The notes beneath the pieces are model-generated. The model saw only the letters and a program-made list of their open reading frames with translations, was not told the DNA's origin and made no database searches. A stretch of DNA of 61,451 nt, the filler included, from Squatina squatina (taxonomy: Eukaryota): assembly GCA_031763465.1 (NCBI GenBank). It is 4 parts of 4 records of this genome, joined end to end, with 100 filler letters (N's around TTAATTAATTAA, not from the genome) between each part and the next. Parts side by side here need not be neighbours in the genome. Positions count along the whole stretch, not along the records: positions 1 to 14,115 come from JARFOE010000168.1; positions 14,216 to 31,655 come from JARFOE010000058.1; 2 more parts are not named here. One strand, 5' to 3'. The translations under genes were made by a program, and so were the position numbers. This document shows positions 10,081-21,844 of the stretch, in pieces; position 1 is the first letter of the stretch; every line of letters begins with the position of its first letter.

Positions 10081-11623
10081 TCGATGTCTAATTTCTCGGG
10101 ATTCAAGTAGAACTATTTCGAGTCACAGCTGGAACAAAGGGCCAATACATGAGCCTCAGGGTTTTAGCCATGCCTAGAACTTGTTTCATTAACAAAGAGG
10201 ATTTCAGTGCAGGAATGAACTTGTTATTGGAAGCACCCTGCACTTGGCACTCCTTCCAACAAAATCAGAAACTTGGCATAGAGAGCTATGAGTATAATCT
10301 CAAGTCCTACTGTGCCATTTTGCATTTTGTTTCCAAACCACTAGATTTATTGACCTATTAGAATTATATTTTTCGTTCCTCTGTTGGATCAATGTGTTTA
10401 TCTGGTGAGGGACATCCAAAATGTTCCAGGTTCAACCTCTGGGCTATGCTAAGTTAGCTGGTCTTAGCTCAGGCAACAGTATAGCATTTTGATTGGTCTC
10501 AGCATCCCTGGGGTATGGAGGAGAAAATCATGGTTCCCCAAGAATTGTGCTGCTGAACTCTATCCAATACCCCTTGGTAGAAAGTATAAGATGTCAGGTG
10601 AGAATAGGATTGAGCTTGGCTGTGATACATAGATATAAAACAAATGTTCAATTTCTCAAGTCAAAATTTTCAAGTCATAAAATGGGGAAACTAGGTTGCC
10701 ACTATCTCCTGCACTCAAAAAAAATGGCTTTATTGCAAGTGAGCACAATTTTCAAAGGGCATTGAGCTGAAATTCCTGCTCCACCACCAGAAATGCGGCA
10801 GGGTAGGGCAACTGGCCACCACTGAGCCCTGGCACTGACTCCATCCCAAATCCTGAGGACAGGTCATCTTCGTAGAGACAGTGGGTAGCTGGCATCTGTA
10901 GAGATACCCAATATGCATCGTGAGATCCGGGAAGAGCCAAAGCGATATGGTCACAGATATTTTTGGAATACTCTTGAGGGAGCATAGGTTCATCAACAGA
11001 AACGTAATGGTAGCTCTCTGAGACCAATAACCTTTGTTTTGGGCCATTTAGGGGCCTACCCAAAACCTAGTATAGGACCTATGCTGGCTCGCAGCTGGGA
11101 TATGTTCCCCTGGGCTTATCTGGAGACGATATATTGGGCAGAATTCCTGGGGTAGCATGGTGAAGTTCCAGATATGCCATCAAAGCTTGCTACAGTTCTG
11201 GAGGAGTGGGTTAAAGACTTGCCGACCACTCCTTCTTGCACCAATCAGAATTTCTGCTGCAAGTTGTGCCAAGGGAAAATCTGGATCTGGGCTCCACCAC
11301 CCAACTGAGGCCTTCTTTTCTACTCACCCCAGCCCCGAGAATTTTTGGCCGAATAGAAAGGTAAATTCCAGATAAGAACAATTAAGTTTTGGGGAGCAGA
11401 TTGATTTTTGTTTGTAAAATTTAACTAATTCCTAAGAGGGATTGACTGAGCACAGATATTAGGTTCCAACAATAGGACTCGTGTTGTTTGAATGGCGCAG
11501 ATTGCATGTCACTGTGTGGGTATTGTTGGGCGCTAGTCTTTTGTCAGCAGTTTGCATGTTACCAAGGCTGCACAAAGCAAAATTAAAATTAAAGCAATGT
11601 TTTGTGGAAATTGTAACTGGTAA

Positions 11624-11857
11624 TTACATCTCCATATTCCACCACTTCAAAGCAAATGGCTTGCGCCGAACATTGGAGCCGCAGTGAACTTCACCCTTCT
11701 TCACGTGATAGGTAGCAAAGTCATCGATGAAGTTACAATCTAGGCCGAGTGGTTCCAACGCTGAGCGCATCACAGTTTCCAGTGGACATTTTCCATTTAT
11801 CAGAGGTCCGAACGGCTTTGGAATACCCAGGTATTGGCCGAGGACTATCATGTTCAC
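11624..11857 (-). CDS. PADI: PADI terminal exon, intact copy B
   Basis: [18 protein letters not shown]...[23 protein letters not shown] keeps the catalytic Cys (equivalent to PAD4 C645) at 11683-11681. Confidence 0.96.
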   Translation of the reverse strand: MNMIVLGQYLGIPKPFGPLINGKCPLETVMRSALEPLGLDCNFIDDFATYHVKKGEVHCGSNVRRKPFALKWWNMEM

Positions 11858-12280
11858 CTAAAGCGGCAAAGACAGAGTCCTTTTACTCATTAGCACGGTC
11901 AGAATAATAAGAGAAAGAAGTATGTGGCAAGGAAAAGGGACACAGAGAAAGAAGGTAACCAGGAAGAGAAAAACACAGAGAGGTGTGAGATAAATGAGTG
12001 AAAGACAAAACCAGAGGACAAAAATTATAGGATGATGAGGAAAAGGATAAATGATCATAGAAAATGAACAAATGAAATTGAAGGAGAAGGAGAAGGCAGA
12101 TAAAACAAATACCCATTCTGCCAATTAGTTGACATATACAACAGGTTCCATATTATGTTTGTAATTTAATTAAGCAAAGCTCAATTCCTGTGGGGATGGG
12201 TTCTAATGACTGCTCTTGTACACCTCTGAGCAACTGGCAAGCTGGAATCAAGCCTCCCACCCTCACCAGTTTGCACTTAC

Positions 12281-12412
12281 CATATCTGGAAAGAATGCAT
12301 CTGCTGCGTGATATTTCTTGTCCAACTCAAACAACACAGGAATATCAATAATATCTTCTTCAATCAAACCCAATTCCCTCTTCAGGATATCTCGGTTCCA
12401 ATCAATGCATTG
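12281..12412 (-). CDS. PADI: PADI penultimate exon, copy B
   Basis: [28 protein letters not shown]...AFFPDM, 132 nt, CAG acceptor and GTAAGT donor, in phase with 11857. Confidence 0.95.
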
Positions 12413-12505
12413 CTGAGAGGAAGGCAGAGAGAATTTGAAATATTTATGCAATAATTTTCATACATGAACATAATTTTACTACATTATTATATCATATTGA
12501 CTCAC

Positions 12506-12582
12506 CTGTACGTAAGCATTTTCTTCAAGTAATTTTTGATTGCTTAGGATTTCATTAATTTTGACCGTTTTTGTACCTAAAG
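12506..12582 (-). CDS. PADI: PADI antepenultimate exon, copy B
   Basis: LGTKTVKINEILSNQKLLEENAYVQ, 77 nt, TAG acceptor and GTGAGT donor. Confidence 0.9.
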
Positions 12583-12929
12583 CTAGTTGAGAAACACAGA
12601 AGCAGTATTACTGTTTCTTATTCAACTGTCACCTTGAGTATCTCCTCATTAACCTTATATTGAGGCTTGTGAGACTGACAGTTCCACCCATTAATGATCT
12701 GTGTCCACCTCTCATTCCTGACTATGTACAATCCTCCTTGGAGACATCTGTGCATATTAATGGTACTTATAGATCTTTTGATAATTCTTTACAATTGCAC
12801 AAAGCACAGGAAAGAGAAACAAAGCTTAAGGTTTCACATCAAAGCTATTATAGCGGACAGCAATACCCGAGAAAGATGAATTCTTCATTCATTTAATCTC
12901 TACAAACAAAAACGAATAGCCATCATTAG

Positions 12930-13045
12930 ATTAGAGTGAGATGAGGAAGGATGGGAACAGGCTTGAGTGGAGCATAAACACCAGCATGGACTGGTTGGGC
13001 TGAATGGCCTGTTCCTCTGCTGTATATTCTATGTAATTCTATATA
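12930..13045 (+). mobile_element. CR1 LINE 3' tail
   Basis: GGACTGGTTGGGCTGAATGGCCTGTT..TGCTGTATATTCTATGTAATTCTAT, a typical CR1 terminus with ATTCTAT repeats. Confidence 0.7.
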
Positions 13046-14115
13046 ATCATTTCACACAGGGAAAAAGAATCACTTGGGGCAAGGTACCTTTCAGAAATTC
13101 ACACCCAGGATAGGTGATTCTACAACTCTGCTGACTAAGACTTAGATCTGTGATGTGTCTTTAGTTTCTCCTGTCAGCAGCAGAACATGGCAGAGAAACC
13201 CAATCAATACTGATCCGCATTCTGTTTGCGAGTAAGCAGTTCAGATACCTGACCTGCAGGAGGGAATTTTTTCTTTGGTTTATCAAGTTTATTTTATGAT
13301 TTTAAAGTTCTTGCACTGTTTCCAACAACACCATTTTTTCTTGCAGCCTATCTCAATCAGAATGGTTCAACCTAACCCTGCATTGCAGCATTTGGCAGTG
13401 ACCTTCCTATATACAGGAGCCAAGGGGGTTAACCAGGATACTGTCCTTTGCCGGCTTGTGCAGCTGGATTTCAGGCTATTTGCCAGACTTGCATATGAGG
13501 TGAATAAAGTATATTTTTGACTGAACAGCTTCTTTTGGACGAGGTCAAAGCAACATTAGAAAGCTTTGAAAATATAATCAGCAACATCTACTCTTCCATT
13601 GATGTCCCAAAAGGTATGGTTCGGTGAGCCCTCAACAGGTCTAAACATCCTCAACCAAAAGGAGGCACCTTTCAGAGGAGGAGTGTTTTCACTACGAGGA
13701 ATAAGTAGCACCTTCCTTCCACCCTGCCAATCCAGACAGCAGGATATCATAAAAATCTGCTCCTCCTGTCCTCCTATGTCCTCTTTTACCACTCCATGGT
13801 GTCTCCTCACTGACTGCAGGTGGACAATCCAGTAAAGGACGTGTCCACCTTTTCCACAGTAAGTCGGTGCAGTTTTTGTCATGTGTGTGAATGCCGAATC
13901 AGTGAAGGAAGTTGATGGTCCCCATTTTTGGAGTTATTTTTAAATTTGAGCAGTTATTTTCTTGAATCCAAGGATGGACAGACCAGGAAAGCCTCAGCCT
14001 TGATCAAGCATGATGGTGAATGTGTATAGAAACATAGCAACATAGAAAATAGGTGCAGGAGTAGGCCATTTGGCCCTTCGAGCCTGCACCGCCATTCAAC
14101 ACGATCATGGCTGAT

Positions 14116-14215
14116 NNNNNNNNNNNNNNNNNNNNNNNNNNNNNNNNNNNNNNNNNNNNTTAATTAATTAANNNNNNNNNNNNNNNNNNNNNNNNNNNNN
14201 NNNNNNNNNNNNNNN
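14116..14215. other. Artificial scaffold linker N44-TTAATTAATTAA-N44
   Basis: A palindromic 12-mer with stops in all six frames, centred in exactly 100 nt. Identical linkers occur at 31656 and 45852. Confidence 0.95.
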
Positions 14216-14468
14216 TTATAGTAGATGTTTGTGAGGAGCCTATCCCCAGAAATGGAGACAGAGAAGTCGAGGAAGGGAAGGGAAGAGTCAGAAATGGACC
14301 ATGTGAAGGTGAGGGAAGGGTGTCAATGGGAAGCAAAGTTGATGAAATTTTCTAGTTCAGGGCAAGGGCGGGAAATGCCACCGATACAGTCATCGGCTTA
14401 CCGGAAAAAGAGGTGAGGGAAGGGACCCGAGTAGGACTGGAACAAGGAACGTTCCACATATCCCAAGA
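14216..14468 (-). mobile_element. Penelope-like element reverse transcriptase fragment (degenerate)
   Basis: Minus strand reads GYVERSLFQSYSGPFPHLFFR*ADDCIG...LENFINFASHWHPSLTFTWSISDSSLPFLDFSVSISG, a PLE RT with a mutated YIDD motif. Confidence 0.85.
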
Positions 14469-15531
14469 AAATCCGTTTCAATTAAAAATAAAATCGGAGG
14501 TGAAAAACGGTCAGCTGATTCGCTCTCATCCATTTTTTGCCCCCACCCTGTTCAGTACTTAAAAAGCTAGGAAACTAAATCAAAATAAACAAATAACATC
14601 CTGGACCATGCACGTGTGTTTCTCATTTTTAACATTGTTCTTCCTCTAATGATTAGGTCCAAGAAAAAAAAAATACCTTCAGCCATTTTACTATCATCTA
14701 ATTTTCTCTCTGGCTTTGAAACATTTGATTGTGTTCAGTTTTGACAAGCCTCCAGTCTAGTCTTATCAGTGTCAACACATTGCCGTTGAATTGATGCTAA
14801 AAAAAATTGCTCATAGTTATGCAATTCATTATTTCTGCTCCTTTCTGACATCAATGCGTAAAGGAGGCGTGCTTTCAGCCCTTAGCTTAGGGCAATGCTT
14901 CACTAAAACACCTCAGATTTAAATTCTGCACAAATTCTTTATTCTTTACACAGAATAACTGCAATCCCACTCATGTGCCCAAAGGAAAATGATGAGTGTT
15001 TTTTTTTTCCAGCTGCCCGGATTACTAAATTACAATATATTTTTTTTAGATGGATTGTAATTTATGCTTTATAGTGTGTTTGCAACAATTTACGGGAGGT
15101 GTGGAACAGGGGGAAACTTAGAGGGGTAGACCGAAGGCACGGTAAAATAATAGGTATTCACGAAACTCAATGCTCCCTCCACTTGGAGCTCAAAGGTGTC
15201 TTCCTCAGTCCAAGGTGGGCCCATTCTGTATTCACGCCTCTTCCACTTTACTGATTCTTCAGGCTGCTGATCTCTATTGGCTTTCACCATGTTATTCTGG
15301 TGTGTACTGTCTGGGGACACTTTATACTGACATGTGGTTGGTGAGTGTTGTGCTGTAAGGCTTCTCTGCTGGACATTATAATGGTCAGATGTGGTGTAGC
15401 TTCTTCTCAACGTTCCCTGCGATGAACATGGAGGCGGCCAATGGTGTTGTTTGCTGTCTTATCTTCAGCTGCTTCACATTTGCTTCAGAAGTTCTGCCCG
15501 TTCCCCATCTGAGCAGAGGATATAATCGTTT

Positions 15532-15672
15532 ACACAAAAGCAAAATGACTGCGGATGCTGGAAATCTGAAATAAATGCAGAGAATGCAGGAAATGCTCAG
15601 CAGGTCAGGCAGCATCTGTGGAGAGAGAAACAGAGTTATCGTTTCAGGTCGATGACCCTTCATCAGAATGGT
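15532..15672 (-). mobile_element. Penelope terminal-repeat (pLTR) fragment with hammerhead-like motif
   Basis: Same family as 40440-40550 and 44514-44635. Minus strand reads CTGATGA-AGGGTCATCGACCT-GAAA. Confidence 0.75.
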
Positions 15673-15939
15673 CATCTCTAATCCTCTCTAAGTTTGATTA
15701 TCAATTATCTGCCTCCTTTCTACCTTAAATTTCTTTATATCTTTCTTCATCTTTACTAATGTCTTGTCCACCTTGTTTGCCTCAGTATTTTCCAGAGAGA
15801 CTATTAGATTTACAGTTCTGTAAGTCATGGAAAAGAATCTCCTAATATTGACCATCATTTGTATAGTAGATCCATTCATGTTTCTGCAAAGGCTTGTAAA
15901 CATCTTAAATAATTGTACAATTTTTTTCTTATGGTTTAG

Positions 15940-16069
15940 GAAAAGCACAATAGTGAGGTTGATATTCCGTTTCTTTGAACCTCAGAAAGGGAGCATTTAT
16001 GTGGCTGGTCAGAATATTAAAGACATCAGTCTGGAAAGCTTGCGGAAAGCCATTGGTATTGTACCACAG
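15940..16069 (+). CDS. ABCB7: Mitochondrial ABC transporter ABCB7, NBD exon (end of Walker A to Q-loop)
   Basis: [43 protein letters not shown], 130 nt, with AG/GT boundaries. Confidence 0.95.
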
Positions 16070-17788
16070 GTAAAGATTATTTTTAATGTCCTGTTTCATC
16101 TGGTCTCAAAATGCACTAGGTGTGTGTAAATGTCTTTGTTTACGCAGCTGCCAAATGAAGCCTCAAAGCGAAGGAACATCTGAATCTATGTAGATTTGAT
16201 ATCCATAGTCTTTGGGGGGTGGGGAAGTGCAAACTGAAATGGTAATAACTCACAGAACAATTGTCATACTCAAAATGAGTAAATAGCATGAAATTCATTG
16301 CCTTAGGAAAATTGGCAGCCAAATTGTTAAATGCTTTGCCAAATCGTTTACTGTAATTAAAGTTGTTCATGAGTATCAGGTACACTGTTGACTCAGACTG
16401 GCTCCTGGATCAATGGAGATGCCAGAGTTAGTGAATGGTGTTTAATCCAAAAGATCAAGAGCATGACCTACTCTTCTCTCTGAGAATCAGTGAAACTGCT
16501 GAGTTTCTTGGTTCAACAGCTTTAATCTGGCTAAAAAATGTGGCAGCACCTTAACTTGTTCCAAACATCTAACGCCACATCTTTCCGTTCTTATTTGGTT
16601 CAAATTCCTTTAATCTACTGACAAGTCAACCAATGGTTCATTCATTTGAATGTGCATTTTATTTATTTCATTCATATATCTAACTTGATATTTCCGCTGC
16701 ATGTCCATCCTTTCCATATTAAGGGCGGCCAATTCAGGATTTTAAAGTTTCTAGCACTAAGCGCTGAATTTAGCACTGAAAATGGGACTCTTTGAAAATT
16801 TTCATTGAAATTCCCAATTAGCCACTTTAGATTTTGAGCGTTCAAACACATGTAAACTTTATTGTTAAGGGGCCCATAGTGAACTGACCTATTCGTGGTG
16901 TGGATGCAAATTCCACAGCTTGCTTTCAACCTGAATTCCAGAGTTTGCTTGCAACCTGACAGGCCACTTAAGNNNNNNNNNNNNNNNNNNNNNNNNNNNN
17001 NNNNNNNNNNNNNNNNNNNNNNNNNNNNNNNNNNNNNNNNNNNNNNNNNNNNNNNNNNNNNNNNNNNNNNNNCCCTCTGATCTCCTCGGTAGCAAGTCAT
17101 GGAATATGGCCTGTTTCTTCTCCTGGAACATTCCACATTTCTGCATGATGGCCTTGTCACTTTAAAACAATAGGAGATAGTGTTTGGTATGCCAAATTCT
17201 GCATTTGTTAATATTTTATTCACTTAATCCCTCCATGGACTCCCCCACCAACCACTGAAGAGAAACCTTTAGTTACTTGATTGCGATCAATAACTGCCTA
17301 CTTCTTACAGATGTAGTATCACTGGTCCATTGTTTTATAATTAGTGGAGAAGCACTCTGTTTCAAACTTTAGCTGCTATTTACACTATAAAGCCTACTAT
17401 GCCAAAAATGACAATTTTGCCAGTTATGTGATATAATGCTGTTTTTGTAAAACACTACACCCTCCTAAATCCTTTCCCACTCCAATCTCAGTGAGCAATA
17501 TCACAGGATCCCCTAATGTAGCATAAAACCACACTGTAACTGATACAAATGGTAAATTATTGTTTTGTAAAACCTTCAATAAGGTACAGTTTGTGGTTTA
17601 GCTTTCACATTTAAAATATGGCATTATATGAAATCAATGAGGAATATGACATTTCATAGTCCTCTAACTTTATTTTTTGTCTTTTTTTCTTTTGGCTTAA
17701 AGTGTAGTGTTTGGAAGAACTGAACCATTTTAAATGGACCTTTTGTCATTCATAGCCTGAGGTGAACATAAACTGGTGTTTCTTTCAG

Positions 17789-17892
17789 GAGGAGAAAAGC
17801 AGAGAGTTGCAATTGCTCGGACAATTCTGAAAAACCCTCACATTATCTTGTATGATGAAGCTACATCTTCTTTGGATTCCATTACTGAAGAG
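17789..17892 (+). CDS. ABCB7: ABCB7 exon (ABC signature and Walker B)
   Basis: [35 protein letters not shown], 104 nt, TTTCAG acceptor and GTATGT donor. Confidence 0.95.
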
Positions 17893-18562
17893 GTATGTTC
17901 TGGATGTTTCTGGTCAAATATCCCACACCAAAATATAACCACCTCTTATGGTCACTACTACACAATTATAAGACTTTTGTACTGCACACCATGTGAATCA
18001 GACATCTTTCTGTAAATCAAGGTAANNNNNNNNNNNNNNNNNNNNNNNNNNNNNNNNNNNNNNNNNNNNNNNNNNNNNNNNNNNNNNNNNNNNNNNNNNN
18101 NNNNNNNNNNNNNNNNNNNNNNNNNNNNNNNNNNNNNNNNNNNNNNNNNNNNNNNNNNNNNNNNNNNNNNNNNNNNNNNNNNNNNNNNNNNNNNNNNNNN
18201 NNNNNNNNNNNNNNNNNNNNNNNNNNNNNNNNNNNNNNNNNNNNNNNNNNNNNNNNNNNNNNNNNNNNNNNNNNNNNNNNNNNNNNNNNNNNNNNNNNNN
18301 NNNNNNNNNNNNNNNNNNNNNNNNNNNNNNNNNNNNNNNNNNNNNNNNNNNNNNNNNNNNNNNNNNNNNNNNNNNNNNNNNNNNNNNNNNNNNNNNNNNN
18401 NNNNNNNNNNNNNNNNNNNNNNNNNNNNNNNNNNNNNNNNNNNNNNNNNNNNNNNNNNNNNNNNNNNNNNNNNNNNNNNNNNNNNNNNNNNNNNNNNNNN
18501 NNNNNNNNNNNNNNNNNNNNNNNNNNNNNNNNNNNNNNNNNNNNNNNNNNNNNNNNNNNNNN

Positions 18563-18685
18563 ACTCCACCCCTACCTCAGCTCATCTGCTGCTGAAACCC
18601 TCATCCAAGCCTTTGTTACCTCGAGACTCGGCTATTTCAATGCACTCTTGGCTGGCCTGCCATCTTCCGCCCTACTTCAACTGTT
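18563..18685 (+). mobile_element. L2 LINE ORF2 fragment
   Basis: LHPYLSSSAAETLIQAFVTSRLGYFNALLAGLPSS matches the L2 'LIHAFVTSRLDYCN' motif. Confidence 0.8.
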
Positions 18686-19449
18686 AAATTATGTTTCGAA
18701 TGAATATGCTTGTGCTTTAAAATGATTACGCTTTGGGTATAGTTTTTTTGATTCATGACAGAATGTTTTGTCCTGCAGGCATGTGCCGAATAAGCTAAAA
18801 GGGCTAAAAACTGCAGAGCAAGTGTAAAGAAAGAAACATTTGTGTTTAGTTACCAGAGTGTAACAGCTGTGCAAATTGGCTGTAACCACAGATTTAAGAG
18901 CTGAATAGTTGCAATATATATCCTGCTGGAACAAATGACCACGAAGCTATCTATGTCTTAACCTAGACAATACTCATTGTCTTAGGGTTTTTTTTGACTA
19001 CAGTAATGAAAAAGCTTTAGGTGAAGCAAATAAATACTTTAGTGAAACCTTACAAAGGCCACCAGCTCAAGAGGTCAGAGAGCAGCGTTACCTATTGTAA
19101 AGTTGGAAAGCAGGCTCGACAATGAACTATGCTTACACGATTTACAATAATCCCTCTGTAATATAAACACTGACTTCTTTATACCACTATCTCCATTTAT
19201 AGAAACATTATTTCAATGTTACATTTTGCTTTACATGATGACTTTTCCTGTCCTGTACTCTCTCACACGCAGGAAATTATACAAGTATAACTGTGAAACC
19301 AAAATATAGATATAATGGAGAAATTTCACTTAAAACGATATACATACAGGTTTATGCCAGTGGATGTTTAGTCACATCTGACTAGAAGCTTTCTTCTAGC
19401 ATCAAAAACAATACATCGTGTTTTTCTGACTCCTTGTAATTCACTGCAG

Positions 19450-19665
19450 GGGAAGATAGCAGAGCGTGGAACCCATTTCGCTCTCCTGAACAATACCAAC
19501 AGTCTTTACTCTGAACTGTGGCACACACAAAATAGCAGAGTGTTCAACAAAAATTCCCACAGTCAAGAAGCGAAGAGAGAAGTGTCATCCAAGGAAGAGG
19601 AAAGGAGAAAACTATCAGAAGAGATTCTGAACAGTGTAAAAGGTTGTGGAAACTGCTCTTGTTAA
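19450..19665 (+). CDS. ABCB7: ABCB7 terminal coding exon
   Basis: [13 protein letters not shown]...[23 protein letters not shown], the diagnostic ABCB7 C-terminus. It is missing from the ORF track because it has no start codon. Confidence 0.97.
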   Translation, partial: GKIAERGTHFALLNNTNSLYSELWHTQNSRVFNKNSHSQEAKREVSSKEEERRKLSEEILNSVKGCGNCSC

Positions 19666-21838
19666 AACTTTTAATTTTATACTGGACATTAAACTATGCT
19701 GGCACTTTGCACTGGAAGCGTCGTTTGGTACCGATGTACAAGTAGACCATTTTGAACAGCAACACTGCTGGAACTATTTTTAGTGAAGGATTTTATTTTT
19801 GTAACAAAATGGTCGAAAATACTTTTGAATGGTAACCCTGATGATATACTAAAAGGCCTTTCATGGAACAGCAAAATCAAACACTGGTTTATAATGGATT
19901 TTTCTAAATATAAATTTGAGGCAGTTGTGCATTACAGATGATTTAGTGCATTACGGGTGAATTACTGCAATTTGGTGGTTAACCAATACTGTATCAGTAT
20001 TAGCATGGATCAATTATCAGGAATAGTCATGAGAAACTAAACCAGCGCTTGCTTTTTCCATGATAGAGTATGCTGTGGACTGAGAAGGAGGATTATTATA
20101 ATCCTGAAGGGATAAATTCAGTAAATACTGAAAGTCGGTATCTGGATTCAAAACCATAGTACCTGTTGCGACAGTTTCTAATTGGGACAATGCTTGGTGT
20201 ACCAGAATGCACAATGGAAGTAACTTGGGAATGAGACAAAGCTGAACACACATGCCTTCACAAACAACATTTATCAATAATGCACATTATATTTGTTTAC
20301 TGCCATTTTATAATGCGTTCAGAACGATATAACGAAGGCTTGTTGATTTCTTAGTTACTAATTTGAGATAGCATGCCAATGTTTTAATGAAAGACCATCT
20401 GTATTAAAAAGGCTGTAAAAGCATATTTTTTTTCTTAGGTTATCTCTTCAGCTGCATTGCTTGGATGTATTTACCATCTTGTTCATTAAACATCCATATT
20501 TTTGCATAAATAATTTTCAGTCATCCAGCTCTGCTTTCTATTCACCTTCACATTAAATCCCTGTGTCACCTTCAATTGGGAGTGAAGGCAGCACTGTCTG
20601 ATAAGATGTGCAACCGAGGATGAGTCTACTGTCTTAAGATTTTTTTTCCTTACCCCATTTTTGTACCTCCCTGCACAAGGNNNNNNNNNNNNNNNNNNNN
20701 NNNNNNNNNNNNNNNNNNNNNNNNNNNNNNNNNNNNNNNNNNNNNNNNNNNNNNNNNNNNNNNNNNNNNNNNNNNNNNNNTATGAATGGGGTGTAAGGTG
20801 GGGGGAGGGGGGATATTGGAGCATATCCCACAGTAAATTAGTGCTGGGGTCTGAAATGGAGTTTTAATGTGAGATCTGGGAATAGACAATAAATCTGCAT
20901 ATGGCTGATTTATTGCACCATTAATGAATATCAGTTTGCTAAGAAAATATTTTCAGAAATAGTGACAGCTATTCTAATTAAATTAAAAACAGCCCATTGT
21001 ATCTCCACACCTCCCCCCCCCCCCCCCCCCCCGTCTAATTCAGTTGCTGCAGGTTGGGGGAGGGGAGAGCCCAAGAATGACAGTTTACTGTAGTTACACA
21101 AAAGATCCACAAAATCCTGTAAGTGTTTTTTAATGTATGGTATGGCAGTCATTAATTGGCAAATCTAGAAAAGATCACGTCTGCAGCGTGGAGACAAAGA
21201 CCAAAAATATAGTAGCTTTAGGAACTAGTACCCTTTCATTTTGCATGGAATCACACCAGATGTTCAAAGCTTGTTTACTATATCCTTTGGAGATGCAGTC
21301 ATTTTTATCCTTAAAAATCCATTGCTTCTATTAAAAGGAATACCATTCCAACACTGACTCACTGCGCAGTATGAATGTTGAAGTAATACTTTTCTGGACA
21401 GCAATAATATTTAATAGTTTTTTTTCTGCTTGTTCAAATCTAATCTACTGCAATGAATAGTATTCATGGCAAGGAATACAAGAATCATTAAAGGATACCC
21501 ATTTTGTGTAAAACTGGACTGTGAATACTGTTATGTATCCTGTTTTTCTGTAATCATCTTATCTGTTGCAAAGTCAAGATTTGTAAGGCACATTTTTTTT
21601 AGGCTAGTTGTTTTGGAAAACTTAAGTTGCACCAGCTCAAATCGTTTTCCTAAATTTAGAAGATATGAGTTATGTACGAGGTTTTATTGCAGATTATTTA
21701 ACAAAAACTCATAATTTGTTCAGTATTATCTCATTTGCACTTTGATTCCATTTTGTATATGGTGATATTTGTATGCTCTTTGAAATAGAAAGGTGTTGTG
21801 TCAACTGAATTTTATTTCAAATGAAGCTGATCAAGCTC

Positions 21839-21844
21839 AATAAA
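21839..21844 (+). promoter_or_regulatory. Candidate ABCB7 polyadenylation signal
   Basis: AATAAA at the end of a repeat-poor, AT-rich stretch of about 2.2 kb after the stop, followed by T/GT-rich sequence. Confidence 0.3.

Noticed and set aside
10752-11063. 103-aa minus-strand ORF downstream of PADI copy B
   Set aside because: No recognisable domain or convincing splice sites. It is probably UTR or intergenic.
13556-13882. 108-aa ORF with a partial zinc-knuckle-like motif (YCGKGGH..DCP across a frameshift)
   Set aside because: Too degenerate to assign. At most it is an old retroelement gag/ORF1 relic.
14160-14171. TTAATTAATTAA as a biological palindrome or piggyBac site
   Set aside because: It is centred in N-runs three times with identical geometry, so it is an assembly linker.
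15090-15830. Possible antisense nested gene in an ABCB7 intron (ORFs 15090-15410 and 15688-15948)
   Set aside because: No homology recognised, the frames are interrupted by stops and a Penelope fragment, and splice signals are weak.
17958-18569. ORFs made mostly of X (also 52021-52642, 59835-60366 and others)
   Set aside because: They are artefacts of translating through N gaps.
16070-19449. Apparent loss of two ABCB7 exons, and likewise the intervening DOCK1 exons
   Set aside because: N gaps lie exactly where the exons are expected.
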